Assembly (NCBI RefSeq): GCF_006345805.1
Contig: NC_043026.1
Location: 10,230,001 to 10,294,000 of the forward strand
From: Octopus sinensis
Taxonomy: Eukaryota
DNA: 64,000 nucleotides
Reading direction: 5' to 3'
Position 1 is the stretch's first letter; every line of letters begins with the position of its first letter. Below the pieces are notes generated by a model. That model worked only from the letters and a program-made list of their open reading frames with translations, was not told where the DNA came from and did not search any database. Made by a program: the position numbers and the translations under genes. Positions 44,449 through 62,799 of the stretch are shown in pieces.

Positions 44449-46069
44449 TCACAGTCACATGATCTAATCACTTCTCTCATGTGTTCAGAAGAAATGAATC
44501 ATACAATTTTTTCACTCTCTTCCAATATTTTGCCTCTCAAATCCCAGCTTATATTTTTTCTTCTTTTTCTTTTTATACTTTATTTCTTGCAAACAGTTCT
44601 TCTGCTGTATTTATGTCCAGTGTTACTTATGTTTAGCAACACTTCAATTAATTTATCCAACTTCAATCAGCACACAGGCTTCTCTTCTTCACACTCCAGT
44701 TGGTGATGTCCAGAAATTTGGCTAATAACATTTTTTCAGAACAAATGTTTCACAGGAATTCTTCTACAGTTTTGTAAAACCAATCTGATACATCTGTTTC
44801 ATAGAATATTTTCTTTTAGTCTTTAAAACAGGATAGAGTTGAGGGTTCGTCTTCCGTTACACCACTGTCATCTGATGCTCTGAAATTAAAGACAAAGAAC
44901 AGTGTCAGATGTAGAGGCTATTTAAAAAAATAAATGATTCATTTCTATAGAGATAATCTGAAGAGATAAACATTTGCCTTAACTGAGCTGGATGCTGACA
45001 GCACCACAAAGAAGTGCTAACCTCTAAAAGCAGATGGAACATGTGGGTCACCCAGAAAGACAGGCTATGAAGTGCTGAAGAACTTTTCAGGTGAGATGAC
45101 AAAGGACCAACATTCCTGGGGCCTTGTTGTACTCAAGAAGATCCACACTTCATAACAGATGTGTTAAGACTCATCCCACTTCTAGTTAAAAGCACTTGCG
45201 GCCATTCCTCATAAAAGTAGCCATGCAATGCCATGTAAAAATGCTGCTACATTCAAATGTCCATGTGGTGCCACATAAAAGCACCCTATGGCACAATATG
45301 TAGTGGTTGGCACTTGGAAAGGCATCCAGTAGAAACCATGACAATTCAGACTGAAGAAGTTAGTCGGGGAATTTTCACAATGCCGATTTTTGGCAATTTT
45401 CCGGAATGTCCGTATCCGAAAACGGGGATTTTTGGCAAAAAAAAAATTAATTTTCAATAAACAAATTTGGGAGAAAATAGGGGTGGGCATTGTTGGAAGT
45501 CTTTTATTAATTTATTTTATTTCGTTTCCAAGTAATGTTGTAAACATTAACCAAATAAGGTTTTGGCTTCTAAACATTTCAGTGGTCAGGGTGTCTTTCA
45601 GTACATTTCTCAAACTAAAACACGCAACAAACGGGGCAACGATGGAGAGTGCAGACGGTAGCTTCCAAAGCTAGAAATAGCAGCTAAATCACACACGTAG
45701 CTAGAAATAACAGCCAAATCTCGCACAAACGAAGGACATCTCTTATTCATAAAACATAGAAGAGAAAAAAAGAAATGACGCGCCAAAAACCGAAACGTCT
45801 ACAGAATTAAAAACATTGAATATTTTCATTGTTTAATACTTACGGAACTGTTTCATAAAGGACAGTGTTGTTATATACGTGTGTGTCTGGTAGTTGAGGA
45901 ATACATTAGAACTATTATAAATGTATTATTAGCTGATTAAGAGAAATCCACGCACCTGCACATTTAACCAGATATCAACGTCAAGCAGGAAGGACGTTTA
46001 AACGCGCATGTGTCGGTAGAAAATAGCGAAGGGAGCTAAGTCTCCTTAAATCAATTGGGTTTAATATCT

Positions 46070-46529
46070 TGTTTATTTATTTATTATTATTTTATCCAGT
46101 TTCAGCTCACGAGCTGTGGCCATGCTGGGGCACCGCCATTTGGTGTTGCTACATGATTTTACTTGACGAATGCTTTTTTGCAAATGCCATTTGGTGCATG
46201 AGAGAGTTCGATGCAGCTGCCCTTATTTGCACCTCCTGCCGTGAAGTTGGTTCATCTGGGATACCTGACAGGAAGAGATCCAGTTTTATTTTAAAGATAT
46301 CTGCATCCACCCCATGCAGGTCTCTCAGGTTCTTCGGGACGATATTGAAGAGATGTGGGCCTCTGAAGCCCAGGCTATCACAATATCTTGTCCTACATCT
46401 TGATGGCAAATTTGGAGTCCTTGGCACCACGCAGTGGCACACAGTTCTGGCATTTGTGTAACTCTCGATGCCAAAGTTTGGGACAAGTCCTTCTAGGATC
46501 TTCCGGGTGTATATTATTGCATATCTCTC
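46070..46529 (-). mobile_element. CR1-group LINE 3' fragment, unit 6
   Basis: Copy of 15258-15713. Confidence 0.75.
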
Positions 46530-47485
46530 GTCGATAGCTGGAAATAGTAGCTAAATCTGGCACAAATTATAGACATCTCTCATCGATTGCTAGAAATAGC
46601 AGCCAAATCACGCAAAAGTCAAGGAAATCATTCGTTCATAAAACACAGAAGAGAAACAAAGAATCGATGCGCCAAAAAACCGAAAGTCTACAGAATTAAA
46701 AGCATGGAAGATCCTCGTTGTTTAATACTTAGGGAAATGTTTCATAAGGGATAGTGTCGTTATATGTGTGTGTGTATCTGGTAGCTGAGGAATGCGTTAG
46801 AGTTATTATAAATGAATTATCAGCTGATTAAAAGGAATTCGTTCACAGGACATTTAAGCCATGTGTAACATGAAAATTTGTAGGATAGATGTCCCTACAT
46901 CATGTGTGAGAAAAAGGGCAGGGAACTGGGGAAGGGGATTAAAAATGTAAATAAATACCTGTCGCACAGGCTCCAACAGGCAGCCCCAGCAAGTTGTTAA
47001 GGTGAGACAGCGTCACACGACAACTTGCTGGGGGTGCCTGCTGGAGCCTTTGCGGCAGGTATTTAAAGAGAAGAATTTGATGAGACGGTCAGTCACCGGC
47101 TGACACTCGCTGACGATACATCGAAGAGGCCAGGGAAGAGAAGAAAGAAGGAATGCACCCAACACCAGAGCTGAAGACACCTCCGAAAGTGGGGGCCCCG
47201 TCACGTCAAGACAGTAGAAGAGTAGGGGCCGAAACCGGGCGTGGTTCCTCCTGATGATGTCTTCAGCTAACTGGATCCTATAAAGGATCTGTTGTGGTAG
47301 CAGACCACGAAACACAGTTGTAATTCCTCAAATAATATAATTGCAGGTTCACGAAATAAATTAAATAACAAAACAAGATATTATTAAAGAATTATTTAAC
47401 GAGAACTTTAGTCTTGAAACATTTTCACGATGATACTTCTACACACATCATTGGTCATAACTTCCTGGACAACCTTATAAATTAT

Positions 47486-48340
47486 ACGGTGTGGGTCTTC
47501 ACAGTCACGGCATATCTCCAGAGGCCTGTGTCTCTTGTCATTGCCTCTGTGAAGCCCACCATTTGAAGTCGTGCCTAACCACCTCATCTTATGTCTTCCT
47601 GGGTCTCCCTCTTCCGCAAGTTCCTTCCATTGTTAGGGAGTGACACTTCTTCACAAAGCTCTCCTCATCCATATGCAGCACAGGAACATACAAACACAGT
47701 CGTCTCTCTTGCACACATCTGATGCTTCTTATATCCAACATTTCTCTAAGGGCACTTATACTCTGTCGTGCATGGACACTGACATTACACATCCAGCAGA
47801 TCATACTAGCTTCATTTCTTTCAAGCCTACATATGTCCTCAACAGTCATGGCCCATGTTACTCTGCCGTGTAGCATGGCAGTACACACACATGCATCATA
47901 CAGTCTATATTTCACTCTGAAAGAGTGGTCCTTTGACACCAGTAGAGGCCGGAAATTTCTGAAATTTGCACAGGCTATTCTTATTCTAGTGACAACGGTC
48001 TCCGAGCATCCACACCAACTACAGACATAGTCACCTAGGTAACAGAAGTTATCAACTATTTCTAGTTTCTCCCTCTAGCATGTGATGGAATCTGTTTGCT
48101 GAGCATCTTCGGTGTTTATTGCTCCTGTGCATCTGCCACACAAAAAAGCTGTCAGCCGTAGCCTATACCAGTGTTGCATAACCAGCCCATTTCAGAAGTA
48201 CCTTTGAATCGTTGGGTGACACACTGTGCTTAAGGGGACCTACTGAGTCAAGTAAAATCAAAAATGGAAACTGTAGTTGTGGCCGATGCCAGCGCCACCT
48301 GACTGGCCCCCTGTGCCAGTGGAATGTAAAAAGCATCATC
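47486..48340 (-). mobile_element. RTE LINE fragment, unit 7
   Basis: Copy of 10940-11795. Confidence 0.75.
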
Positions 48341-48855
48341 AAAAAGTAACATTTTTCTTTTACGGCAAAGCATGCCCCTTATTCAATCAAATTACAAAGG
48401 TTACCCTGATTACTACCCATGACATGCAAAATGTCTTATTTTTTGTAGATTAAGGAGCCATAATTCGCCCCTGCCCCTCAATTCCAGTGTTAAAACTACA
48501 TATAGTACAGCTGTAGTACATGTGCTGTGTACACTCCTATAACAACGTTTTCTTTACATGCTAAAGATACAAGTAATTCTGCCTCCAACTCAGTCGCATG
48601 CCTGTGTTTCACTATGCAAACGTACCGATGCCCTACCCTGGGTAATTACTGATGGCACATGCCTGATGTGTAGGGTTGTCAGGAGGAGGGGTTTTGGTAC
48701 GTTACGGAAAGGAATCTGTAAAAGCAGTTGTGGAAGAAGGAGAGGCGAAAATTACAAAAAGAAAACAAAGAAATATAAAATTTTTGAAATATTTTTACTC
48801 ATATTTTCCATTACATGAAACACAAGAATATTAAAAATATATAGCGAACAAGGAA

Positions 48856-50073
48856 CTACCCTTTTCCTGTCTTCCCTGTATGAATATGTCTGTGTCTTGT
48901 TAAGATAGAATTTTGAGAAAATGCTTTACCACAGATATCACAATTATATGGTTTCTCTCCTGTATGAATACGTTTATGTGCAGTTAAGTTTCTATTGTCA
49001 GTGAATGACTTACCACAGACATCACAGTGATATGGTTTCTCTCCTGTATGAATCAGTTTGTGATTCATTAAGTTTCTATTGTCAGAGAATGATTTACCAC
49101 AGATATTGCAGTGAAATGGTTTCTCCCCTGTATGAACACGTTTGTGTATAGTTAAATAATCATTTTTAGAGAATGATTTACCACAGATTTCACAATGATA
49201 TGGTTTCTCTCCTGTATGAATACGTTTATGTGCAGTTAAGACACAATTATATGTGAATGATTTACCACAGATATCGCAGTGAAATGGTTTCTCTCCTGTG
49301 TGAATACGTTTGTGTATAGTTAAATTAGAGTTTTTAGAGAATGATTTACCACAGATTTCACAATGATATGGTTTTTCTCCTGTATGAATACGTTTGTGAT
49401 TCATTAAGTTTCTATCGTCAGAGAATGATTTACCACAGATTTCACAATGATGTGGTTTCTCTCCTGTATGAAAACGTTTGTGTCTAGTTAAGACATTATT
49501 ATGAGAGAATGATTTACCACAAATATCACAATGATATGGTTTCTCTCCTGTGTGAATACGTCTATGTACAGTTAAGACACAATTATAAGAGAATGATTTA
49601 CCACAGATATCACAGTGATATGGTTTCTCACCTGTATGAGTACGTTTGTGGGCAGTTAAGATTCTATTTTCAGAGAATGATTTACCACAAATGTCACAGT
49701 GATATGGTTTCTCACCTGTATGAGTACGTCTGTGTATAGTTACATGACCAATGTTAGTAAATGATTTACCACAGATATCACAATTATATGGTTTCTCTCC
49801 TGTATGAGTACGTTTGTGAGCAGTAACATCACCACTCTGAGAGAATGATTTACCACAGATATCACAATGATATGGTTTCTCACCTGTATGAGTACGTTTG
49901 TGAGCAGTAACATCACCACTCTGAGAGAATGATTTACCACAGATATCACAATGATATGGTTTCTCTCCAGTGTGAATACGTTTGTGTCTAGATAAGTAAC
50001 TACTGTGAGAGAAGGAATTACCACAGACATCACAATGATAGGGTTTCTCCCCCATATGAATACGTTTGTGCAT
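48856..50073 (-). CDS. C2H2 zinc-finger protein, array copy 7 (14 fingers)
   Basis: 405-aa uninterrupted finger ORF. Confidence 0.85.
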   Translation of the reverse strand: MHKRIHMGEKPYHCDVCGNSFSHSSYLSRHKRIHTGEKPYHCDICGKSFSQSGDVTAHKRTHTGEKPYHCDICGKSFSQSGDVTAHKRTHTGEKPYNCDICGKSFTNIGHVTIHRRTHTGEKPYHCDICGKSFSENRILTAHKRTHTGEKPYHCDICGKSFSYNCVLTVHRRIHTGEKPYHCDICGKSFSHNNVLTRHKRFHTGEKPHHCEICGKSFSDDRNLMNHKRIHTGEKPYHCEICGKSFSKNSNLTIHKRIHTGEKPFHCDICGKSFTYNCVLTAHKRIHTGEKPYHCEICGKSFSKNDYLTIHKRVHTGEKPFHCNICGKSFSDNRNLMNHKLIHTGEKPYHCDVCGKSFTDNRNLTAHKRIHTGEKPYNCDICGKAFSQNSILTRHRHIHTGKTGKG

Positions 50074-51694
50074 AATTAGTTTACTTTCTTTTAAAAAAAG
50101 ACATCTATAAAGATATCTCAGTCACATGATCTAATCACTTCTCTCATGTGTTCAGAAGAAATGAATCATACAATTTTTTCTCTCTTCCAATATTTTGCCT
50201 CTCAAATCCCAGCTTATATTTTTTCTTCTTTTTCTTTTTATACTTTATTTCTTGCAAACAGTTCTTCTGCTGTATTTATGTCCAGTGTTACTTATGTTTA
50301 GCAACACTTCAATTAGTTTATCCAACTTCAATCAGCACACAGGCTTCTCTTCTTCACACTCCAGTTGGTGATGTCCAGAAATTTGGCTAATAACATTTTT
50401 TCAGAACAAATGTTTCACAGGAATTCTTCTACAGTTTTGTAAAAGCAATCTGATACATCTGTTTCATAGAATATTTTCTTTTAGTCTTTAAAACAGGATA
50501 GAGTTGAGGGTTCGTCTTCCGTTACACCACTGTCATCTGATGCTCTGAAATTAAAGACAAAGAACAGTGTCAGATGTAGAGGCTATTTAAAAAAATAAAT
50601 GATTCATTTCTATAGAGATAATCTGAAGAGATAAACATTTGCCTTAACTGAGCTGGATGCTGACAGCACCATAAAGAAGTGCTAACCTCTAAAAGCAGAT
50701 GGAACATGTGGGTCACCTAGAAAGACAGGCTATGAAGTGCTGAAGAACTTTTCAGGTGAGATGACAAACGACCAACATTCCTGGTGCCTTGTTGTACTCA
50801 AGAAGATCCACACTTCATAACAAATGTGTTAAGACTCATCCCACTTCTAGTTAAAAGCACTTGCGGCCATTCCTCATAAAAGTAGCCATGCAATGCCATG
50901 TAAAAACGCTGCTACATTCAAATGTCCATGTGGTGCCACATAAAAGCACCCTATGGCACAATATAGCGTGGTTGGCACTTGGAAAGGCATCCAGTAGAAA
51001 CCGTGACAATTCAGACTGAAGAAGTTAGTCGGGGAATTTTCACAATGCCGATTTTTGAAATTTTCCGGAATTTCCGTATCCAAAAACAAATTTGGGAGAA
51101 AATAGGGGTGGGCATTGGTGGAAGTCTTTTATTAATATATTTTATTTCGTTTCCAAGTAGTGTTGTAAACATTAACCAAATAAGGTTTTGGCTTCTAAAC
51201 ATTTCAGTGGTCACGGTGTCTTTCAGTACATTTCTCAAACTAAAACACGCAACAAACGGGGCAACGATGGAGAGTGCAGACGGTAGCTTCCAAAGCTAGA
51301 AATAGCAGCTAAATCACACACGTAGCTAGAAATAACAGCCAAATCTCGCACAAACGAAGGACATCTCTCATTCATAAAACATAGAAGAGAAACAAAGAAT
51401 TGACGCGCCAAAAACCGAAACGTCTACAGAATTAAAAACATTGAATATTTTCATTGTTTAATACTTACGGAACTGTTTCATAAAGGACAGTGTTGTTATG
51501 TATGTGTGTGTCTGGTAGTTGAGGAATACATTAGAACTATTATAAATGTATTATTAGCTGATTAAGAGAAATCCACGCACCTGCACATTTAACCAGATAT
51601 CAACGTCAAGCAGGAAGGACGTTTAAACGCGCATGTGTCGGTAGAAAATAGCGAAGGGAGCTAAGTCTCCTTAAATCAATTGGGTTTAATATCT

Positions 51695-52154
51695 TGTTTA
51701 TTTATTTATTATTATTTTATCCAGTTTCAGCTCACGAGCTGTGGCCATGCTGGGGCACCGCCATTTGGTGTTGCTACATGATTTTACTTCACCAATGCTT
51801 TTTAGCAACTGCCATTTGGTGCATGAGAGAGTTCGATGCAGCTGCCCTTATCTGCACCTCCTGCCGTGAAGTTGGTTCATCTGGGATACCTGACAGGAAG
51901 AGACCCAGTTTTATTTTAAAGATATCTGCATCCACCCCATGCAGGTCTCTCAGGTTCTTCGGGACGATATTGAAGAGCTGTGAGCCTCTGAAGCCCAGGC
52001 TATCCCAATATCTTGTCCTACATCTTGATGGCAAATTTGGAGTCCTTGGCACCACGCAGTGGCACACAGTTCTGGCATTTGTGTAACTCTCGATGCCAAA
52101 GTTTGGGACAAGTCCTTCTAGGATCTTCCGGGTGTATATTATTGCATATCTCTC
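51695..52154 (-). mobile_element. CR1-group LINE 3' fragment, unit 7
   Basis: Copy of 15258-15713. Confidence 0.75.
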
Positions 52155-53108
52155 GTCGATAGCTGGAAATAGTAGCTAAATCTTGCACAAATTATAGACA
52201 TCTCTCATCGATTGCTAGAAATAGCAGCCAAATCACGCAAAATTCAAGGACATCATTCGTTCATAAAACACAGAGGAGAAACAAAGAATCGATGCGCCAA
52301 AAAACCGAAAGTCTACAGAATTAAAAGCATGGAAGATCTTCGTTGTTTAATACTTAGGGAAATGTTTCATAAGGGATAGTGTTGTTATATGTGTGTGTGT
52401 ATCTGGTAGCTGAGGAATGCGTTAGAGTTATTATAAATGAATTATCAGCTGATTAAAAGGAATTCGTTCACAGGACATTTAAGCCATGTGTAACATGAAA
52501 ATTTGTAGAATAGATGACCCTACATCATGTGTGAGAAAAAGGGCAGGGAACTGGGGAAGCGGATTAAAAATGTAAATTCAATACCTGTTGCACAGCCTCC
52601 AGCAGGTAGCCCCGGCAAGTTGTTAAGGTGAGACAGTGTCACACAACTTGCTAGGGCTGCCTGCTGGAGCCTTTGCGGCAGGTATTTAAAGAGAAGAATT
52701 TGATGAGACAGTCAGTCACCGGCTGACACTCGCTGACGATACATCGAAGAGGCCAGGGAAGAGAAGAAAGAAGGCATGCACCCAACACCAGAGCTGAAGA
52801 CACCTCCGAAAGTGGGGGCCCCGTCACGTCAAGACAGTAGAGGAGTAGGGGCCGAAACCGGGCGTGGTTCCTCCTGATGATGTCTTTAGCTAACTGGATC
52901 CTATAAAGGATCTGTTGTGGTAGCAGACCACGAAACACGGTTGTAATTCCTCAAATAATATAATTGCAGGTTCACGAAATAAATTAAATAACAAAACAAG
53001 ATATTATTAAAGAATTATTTAACGAGAACTTTAGTCTTGAAACATTTTCACGATGATACTCCTACACACATCATTGGTCATAACTTCCTGGACAACCTTA
53101 TAAATTAT

Positions 53109-53965
53109 ACGGTGTGGGTCTTCACAGTCACGGCATATCTCCAGAGGCCTGTGTCTCTTGTCATTGCCTCTGTGAAGCCCACCATTTGAAGTCATGCCTA
53201 ACCACCTCATCTTATGTCTTCCTGGGTCTCCCTCTTCCGCAAGTTCCTTCCATTGTTAGGGAGTGACACTTCTTCACAAAGCTCTCCTCATCCATATGCA
53301 GCAAAGGAACATACAAACACAGTCGTCTCTCTTGCACACCACATCTGATGCTTCTTATATTCAACATTTCTCTAAGGGCACTTATACTCTGTCGTGCATG
53401 GACACTGACATTACACATCCAGCAGATCATACTAGCTTCATTTCTTTCAAGCCTACATATGTCCTCAACAGTCATGGCCCATGTTACTCTGTCGTGTAGC
53501 ATGGCAGTACACACACATGCATCATACAGTCTACATTTCACTCTGAACGAGTGGTCCTTTGACACCAGTAGAGGCCGGATATTTCTGAAATTTGCACAGG
53601 CTATTCTTATTCTAGTGACAACGGTCTCCGAGCATCCACACCAACTACAGACATATTCACCTAGGTAACAGAAGTTATCAATTATTTCTAGTTTCTCCCT
53701 CTAGCATGTGATGGAATCTGTTTGCTGAGCATCTTCGGTGTTTATTGCTCCTGTGCATCTGCCACACAAAAAAGCTGTCAGCCGTAGCCTATACCAGTGT
53801 CGCATAACCAGCCCATTTCAGAAGTACCTTTGAATCGTTGGGTGACACACTGTGCTTAAGGGGACCAACTGAGTCAAGTAAAATCAAAATGGAAACTGTA
53901 GTTGTGGCCGATGCCAGCGCCACCTGACTGGCCCCCTGTGCCAGTGGAATGTAAAAAGCATCATC
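53109..53965 (-). mobile_element. RTE LINE fragment, unit 8
   Basis: Copy of 10940-11795. Confidence 0.75.
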
Positions 53966-54483
53966 AAAAAGTAACATTTTTTCTTTTACGGCAAAGCATG
54001 CCCCTTATTCAATCAAATTACAAAGGTTACCCTGATTACTACCCATGACATGCAAAATGTCTTATTTTTTTGTAGATTAAGGAGCCATAATTCGCCCCTG
54101 CCCCTCAATTCCAGTGTTAAAACTACATATAGTACAGCTGTAGTACATGTGCTGTGTACACTCCTATAACAACGTTTTCTTTACATGCTAAAGATACAAG
54201 TAATTCTGCCTCCAACTCAGTCGCATGCCTGTGTTTCACTATGCAAACGTCACCGATGCCCTACCCTGGGTAATTACTGATGGCACATGCCTGATGTGTA
54301 GGGTTGTCAGGAGGAGGGGTTTTGGTACGTTACGGAAAGGAATCTGTAAAAGCAGTTGTGGAAGAAGGAGAGGCGAAAATTACAAAAAGAAAACAAAGAA
54401 ATATAAAATTTTTGAAATATTTTTACTCATATTTTCCATTACATGAAACACAAGAATATTAAAAATATATAGCGAACAAGGAA

Positions 54484-55742
<1,259 letters not shown>

Positions 55743-57362
55743 TCACAGTCACATGATCTAATCACTTCTCTCATGTGTTCAGAAGAAATGAATCATACAA
55801 TTTTTTCACTCTCTTCCAATATTTTGCCTCTCAAATCCCAGTTTATATTTTTTCTTCTTTTTTTTTATACTTTATTTCTTGCAAACAGTTCTTCTGCTGT
55901 ATTTATGTCCAGTGTTACTTATGTTTAGCAACACTTCAATTAATTTATCCAACTTCAATCAGCACACAGGCTTCTCTTCTTCACACTCCAGTTGGTGATG
56001 TCCAGAAATTTGGCTAATAACATTTTTTCAGAACAAATGTTTCACAGGAATTCTTCTACAGTTTTGTAAAACCAATCTGATACATCTGTTTCATAGAATA
56101 TTTTCTTTTAGTCTTTAAAACAGGATAGAGTTGAGGGTTCGTCTTCCGTTACACCACTGTCATCTGATGCTCTGAAATTAAAGACAAAGAACAGTGTCAG
56201 ATGTAGAGGCTATTTAAAAAAATAAATGATTCATTTCTATAGAGATAATCTGAAGAGATAAACATTTGCCTTAACTGAGCTGGATGCTGACAGCACCATA
56301 AAGAAGTGCTAACCTCTAAAAGCAGATGGAACATGTGGGTCACCCTAGAAAGACAGGCTATGAAGTGCTGAAGAACTTTTCAGGTGAGATGACAAACGAC
56401 CAACATTCCTGGTGCCTTGTTGTACTCAAGAAGATCCACACTTCATAACAGATGTGTTAAGACTCATCCCACTTCTAGTTAAAAGCACTTGCGGCCATTC
56501 CTCATAAAAGTAGCCATGCAATGCCATGTAAAAACGCTGCTACATTCAAATGTCCATGTGGTGCCACATAAAAGCACCCTATGGCACAATATAGAGTGGT
56601 TGGCACTTGGAAAGGCATCCAGTAGAAACCGTGACAATTCAGACTGAAGAAGTTAGTCGGGGAATTTTCACAATGCCGATTTTTGGCAATTTTCCGGAAT
56701 CTCCGTATCCGAAAACGGGGATTTTTGGCAAAAAAAAAATTAATTTTAAATAAACAAATTTGGGAGAAAATAGGGGTGGGCATTGTTGGAAGTCTTTTAT
56801 TAATATATTTTATTTCGTTTCCAAGTAATGTTGTAAACATTAACCAAATAAGGTTTTGGCTTCTAAACATTTCAGTGGTCAGGGTGTCTTTCAGTACATT
56901 TCTCAAACTAAAACACGCAACAAACGGGGCAACGATGGAGAGTGCAGACGGTAGCTTCCAAAGCTAGAAATAGCAGCTAAATCACACACGTAGCTAGAAA
57001 TAACAGCCAAATCTCGCACAAACGAAGGACATCTCTCATTCATAAAACATAGAAGAGAAACAAAGAATTGACGCGCCAAAAACCGAAACGTCTACAGAAT
57101 TAAAAACATTGAATATTTTCATTGTTTAATACTTACGGAACTGTTTCATAAAGGACAGTGTTGTTATGTATGTGTGTGTCTGGTAGTTGAGGAATACATT
57201 AGAACTATTATAAATGTATTATTAGCTGATTAAGAGAAATTCACGCACCTGCACATTTAACCAGATATCAACGTCAAGCAGGAAGGACGTTTAAACGCGC
57301 ATGTGTCGGTAGAAAATAGCGAAGGGAGCTAAGTCTCCTTAAATCATTTGGGTTTAATATCT

Positions 57363-57822
57363 TGTTTATTTATTTATTATTATTTTATCCAGTTTCAGCA
57401 CACGAGCTGTGGCCATGCTGGGGCACCGCCATTTGGTGTTGCTACATGATTTTACTTGACGAATGCTTTTTAGCAACTGCCATTTGGTGCATGAGAGAGT
57501 TCGATGCAGCTGCCCTTATTTGCACCTCCTGCCGTGAAGTTGGTTCATCTGGGATACCTGACAGGAAGAGACCCAGTTTTATTTTAAAGACATCTGCATC
57601 CACCCCATGCAGGTCTCTCAGGTTCTTCGGGACGATATTGAAGAGCTGTGGGCCTCTGAAGCCCAGGCTATCACAGTATCTTGTCCTACATCTTGATGGC
57701 AAATTTGGAGTCCTTGGCACCACGCAGTGGCACACAGTTCTGGCATTTGTGTAACTCTCGATGCCAAAGTCTGGGACAAGTCCTTCTAGGATCTTCCGGG
57801 TGTATATTATTGCATATCTCTC
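57363..57822 (-). mobile_element. CR1-group LINE 3' fragment, unit 8
   Basis: Copy of 15258-15713. Confidence 0.75.
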
Positions 57823-58778
57823 GTCGATAGCTGGAAATAGTAGCTAAATCTTGCACAAATTATAGACATCTCTCATCGATTGCTAGAAATAGCAGCCAAA
57901 TCACGCAAAATTCAAGGAAATCATTCGTTCATAAAACACAGAGGAGAAACAAAGAATCGATGCGCCAAAAAACCGAAAGTCTACAGAATTAAAAGCATGG
58001 AAGATCTTCGTTGTTTAATACTTAGGGAAATGTTTCATAAGGGATAGTGTTGTTATATGTGTGTGTGTATCTGGTAGCTGAGGAATGCGTTAGAGTTATT
58101 ATAAATGAATTATCAGCTGATTAAAAGGAATTCGTTCACAGGACATTTAAGCCATGTGTAACATGAAAATTTGTAGGATAGATGTCCCTACATCATGTGT
58201 GAGAAAAAGGGCAGGGAACTGGGGAAGGGGATTAAAAATGTAAATAAATACCTGTTGCACAGCCGCCAGCAGGCAGCCGCAGCAAGTTGTTAAGGTGAGA
58301 CAGTGTCACACGACAACTTGCTGGGGGTGCCTGCTGGAGCCTTTGCGGCAGGTATTTAAAGAGAAAAATTTGACGAGACACTCAGTCACCGGCTGACACT
58401 CGCTGACGATACATCGAAGAGGCCAGGGAACAGAAGAAAGAAGGCATGCACCCAACACCAGAGCTGAAGACACCTCCGAAAGTGGGGGCCCCGTCACGTC
58501 AAGACAGTAGAGGAGTAGGGGCCGAAACCGGGCGTGGTTCCTCCTGATGATGTCTTTAGCTAACTGGATCCTATAAAGGATCTGTTGTGGTAGCAAACCA
58601 CGAAACACGGTTGTAATTCCTCAAATAATATAATTGCAGGTTCACGAAATAAATTAAATAACAAAACAAGATATTATTAAAGAATTATTTAACGAGAACT
58701 TTAGTCTTGAAACATTTTCACGATGATACTCCTACACACATCATTGGTCATAACTTCCTGGACAACCTTATAATTTAT

Positions 58779-59635
58779 ACGGTGTGGGTCTTCACAGTCA
58801 CGGCATATCTCCAAAGGCCTGTGTCTCTTGTCATTGCCTCTGTGAAGCCCACCATTTGAAGTCATCCCTAACCACCTCATCTTATGTCTTCCTGGGTCTC
58901 CCTCTTCCGCAAGTTCCTTCCACTGTTAGGGAGTGACACTTCTTCACAAAGCTCTCCTCATCCATATGCAGCAAAGGAACATACAAACACAGTTGTCTCT
59001 CTTGCACACCACATCTGATGCTTCTTATATTCAACATTTCTCTAAGGGCACTTATACTCTGTCGTGCATGGACACTGACATTACACATCCAGCAGATCAT
59101 ACTAGCTTCATTTCTTTCAAGCCTACATATGTCCTCAACAGTCATGGCCCATGTTACTCTGTCGTGTAGCATGGCAGTACACACACATGCATCATACAGT
59201 CTACATTTCACTCTGAACGAGTGGTCCTTTGACACCAGTAGAGGCCGGATATTTCAGAACTTTGCACAGGCTATTCTTATTCTAGTGACAACGGTCTCCG
59301 AGCATCCACACCAACTACAGACATATTCACCTAGGTAACAGAAGTTATCAATTATTTCTAGTTTCTCCCTCTAGCATGTGATGGAATCTGTTTGCTGAGC
59401 ATCTTCGGTGTTTATTGCTCCTGTGCATCTGCCACACAAAAAAGCTGTCAGCCGTAGCCTATACCAGTGTTGCATAACCAGCTCATTTCAGAAGTACCTT
59501 TGAATCGTTGGGTGACACACTGTGCTTAAGGGGACCTACTAAGTCAAGTAAAATTAAAAATGGAAACTGTAGTTGTGGCCGATGCCAGCGCCACCTGACT
59601 GGCCCCCTGTGCCAGTGGAATGTTAAAAGCATCAT
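58779..59635 (-). mobile_element. RTE LINE fragment, unit 9
   Basis: Slightly more diverged copy of 10940-11795. Confidence 0.75.
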
Positions 59636-60141
59636 CAAAAAGTAACATTTTTCTTTTACTGCAAAGCATGCCCCTAATTCAATAAAATTACAAAGGTTAC
59701 CCTGATAACCACCCATAACATGCAAAATGTCTTATTATTTTGTAGATTAAGGAGCCATAATTCGCCCCTGCCCCTCAATTCCAGTGTTAAAACTACATAT
59801 AGTACAGCTGTAGTACATGTGCTGTGTACACTCCTATAACAACGTTTTCTTTACATGCTAAAGATACAAGTAATTCTGCCTCCAACTCAGTCGCATACCT
59901 GTGTTTCACTATGCAAATGTCACCGATGCCCTACCCTGAATAATTATGCCTGATATGTAGGGTTGTCAGGAGGAGGCGTTTTTGTACATTATGGAAAGGA
60001 ATCTGTACAAGCAGTTGTGCAAGAAGGAGAGGCAAATATTACAAAAACAAAACAAAGAAATATAAAATTTTTGAAATATTTTACTCATATTTTCCATTAC
60101 ATGAACCACAAGAATATTAAAAATATATAGTGAACAAGGAA

Positions 60142-61544
<1,403 letters not shown>

Positions 61545-62799
61545 TCACAGTCACATGATCTAATCACTTCTCTCATGTGTTCACAAGAAATGAATCATAC
61601 AATTTTTTCACTCTCTTCCAATATTTTGCCTCTCAAATCCCAGTTTAAATTTTTTCTTCTCTTTCTTTTTATACTTTATTTCTTGCAAACAGTTCTTCTG
61701 CTGTATTTATGTCCAGTGTTACTCATGTTTAGCAACACTTCAATTAATTTATCCAACTTCAATCTTCACACTCCAGTTGGTGATGTCCAGAAATTTGGCT
61801 AATAACATTTTTTCAGAACAAATGTTTCACAGGAATTCTTCTACAGTTTTGTAAAACCAATCTGATACATCTGTTTCGGAGAATATTTTCTTTTAGTCTT
61901 TAAAACAGGATAGAGTTGAGGGTTCGTCTTCCGTTACACCACTGTCATCTGATGCTCTGAAATTAAAGACAAAGAACAATGTCAGATGTAGAGGCTATTT
62001 AAAAAAGTAAATGATTCATTTCTATAGAGATAATCTGAAGAGATAAACATTTGTCTTAACTGAGCTGGATGCTGACAGCACCATAAAGAAGTGCTAACCT
62101 CTAAAAGCAGATGGAACATGTGGGTCACCCAGAAAGACAGGCTATGAAGTGCTGAAGAACTTTTCAGGTGAGATGACAAAGGACCAACATTCCTGGGGCC
62201 TTGTTGTACTCAAGAAGATCCACACTTCATAACAGATGTGTTAAGACTCATCCCTCTTCTAGTTAAAAGCACTTACGGCCATTCCTCATAAAAGTAGCCA
62301 TGCAATGCCATGTAAAAATGCTGATACATTCAAATGTCCATGTGGTGCCACAGAAAAGCACCCTATGGCACAATATAGAGTGGTTGGCACTTGGAAAGGC
62401 ATCCAGTAGAAACCATGACGATTCAGACTGAAGGCTGCTACAGCTCCCCATCCAACCATGCCAGCATGGACAATGGATAATGAAAAGACGATGATCAAAT
62501 GAACATCCTAATTTATCAAAATTTACTCCACAGAATCTTGTGTGAAGCTGACATATTTGTAAACTACACTGACCCCTCCACATTGTGTAACAGTTTGAAA
62601 AGAAAACCACAGAATAGGGGACACTAACATTAGTCCTTCTGTAGAAATAGAACTTGATACTGTTCTTTAGATCCAGGTCACTTCTGACAGAGCAGACATG
62701 TGTTTAATGACATTCCATCCATGACAATCCTGTCTGTTTGTATCGTGTTGTATATCTATGACTACATCATCCCCTCAAACCTTTTCTAAACCTTTTTTA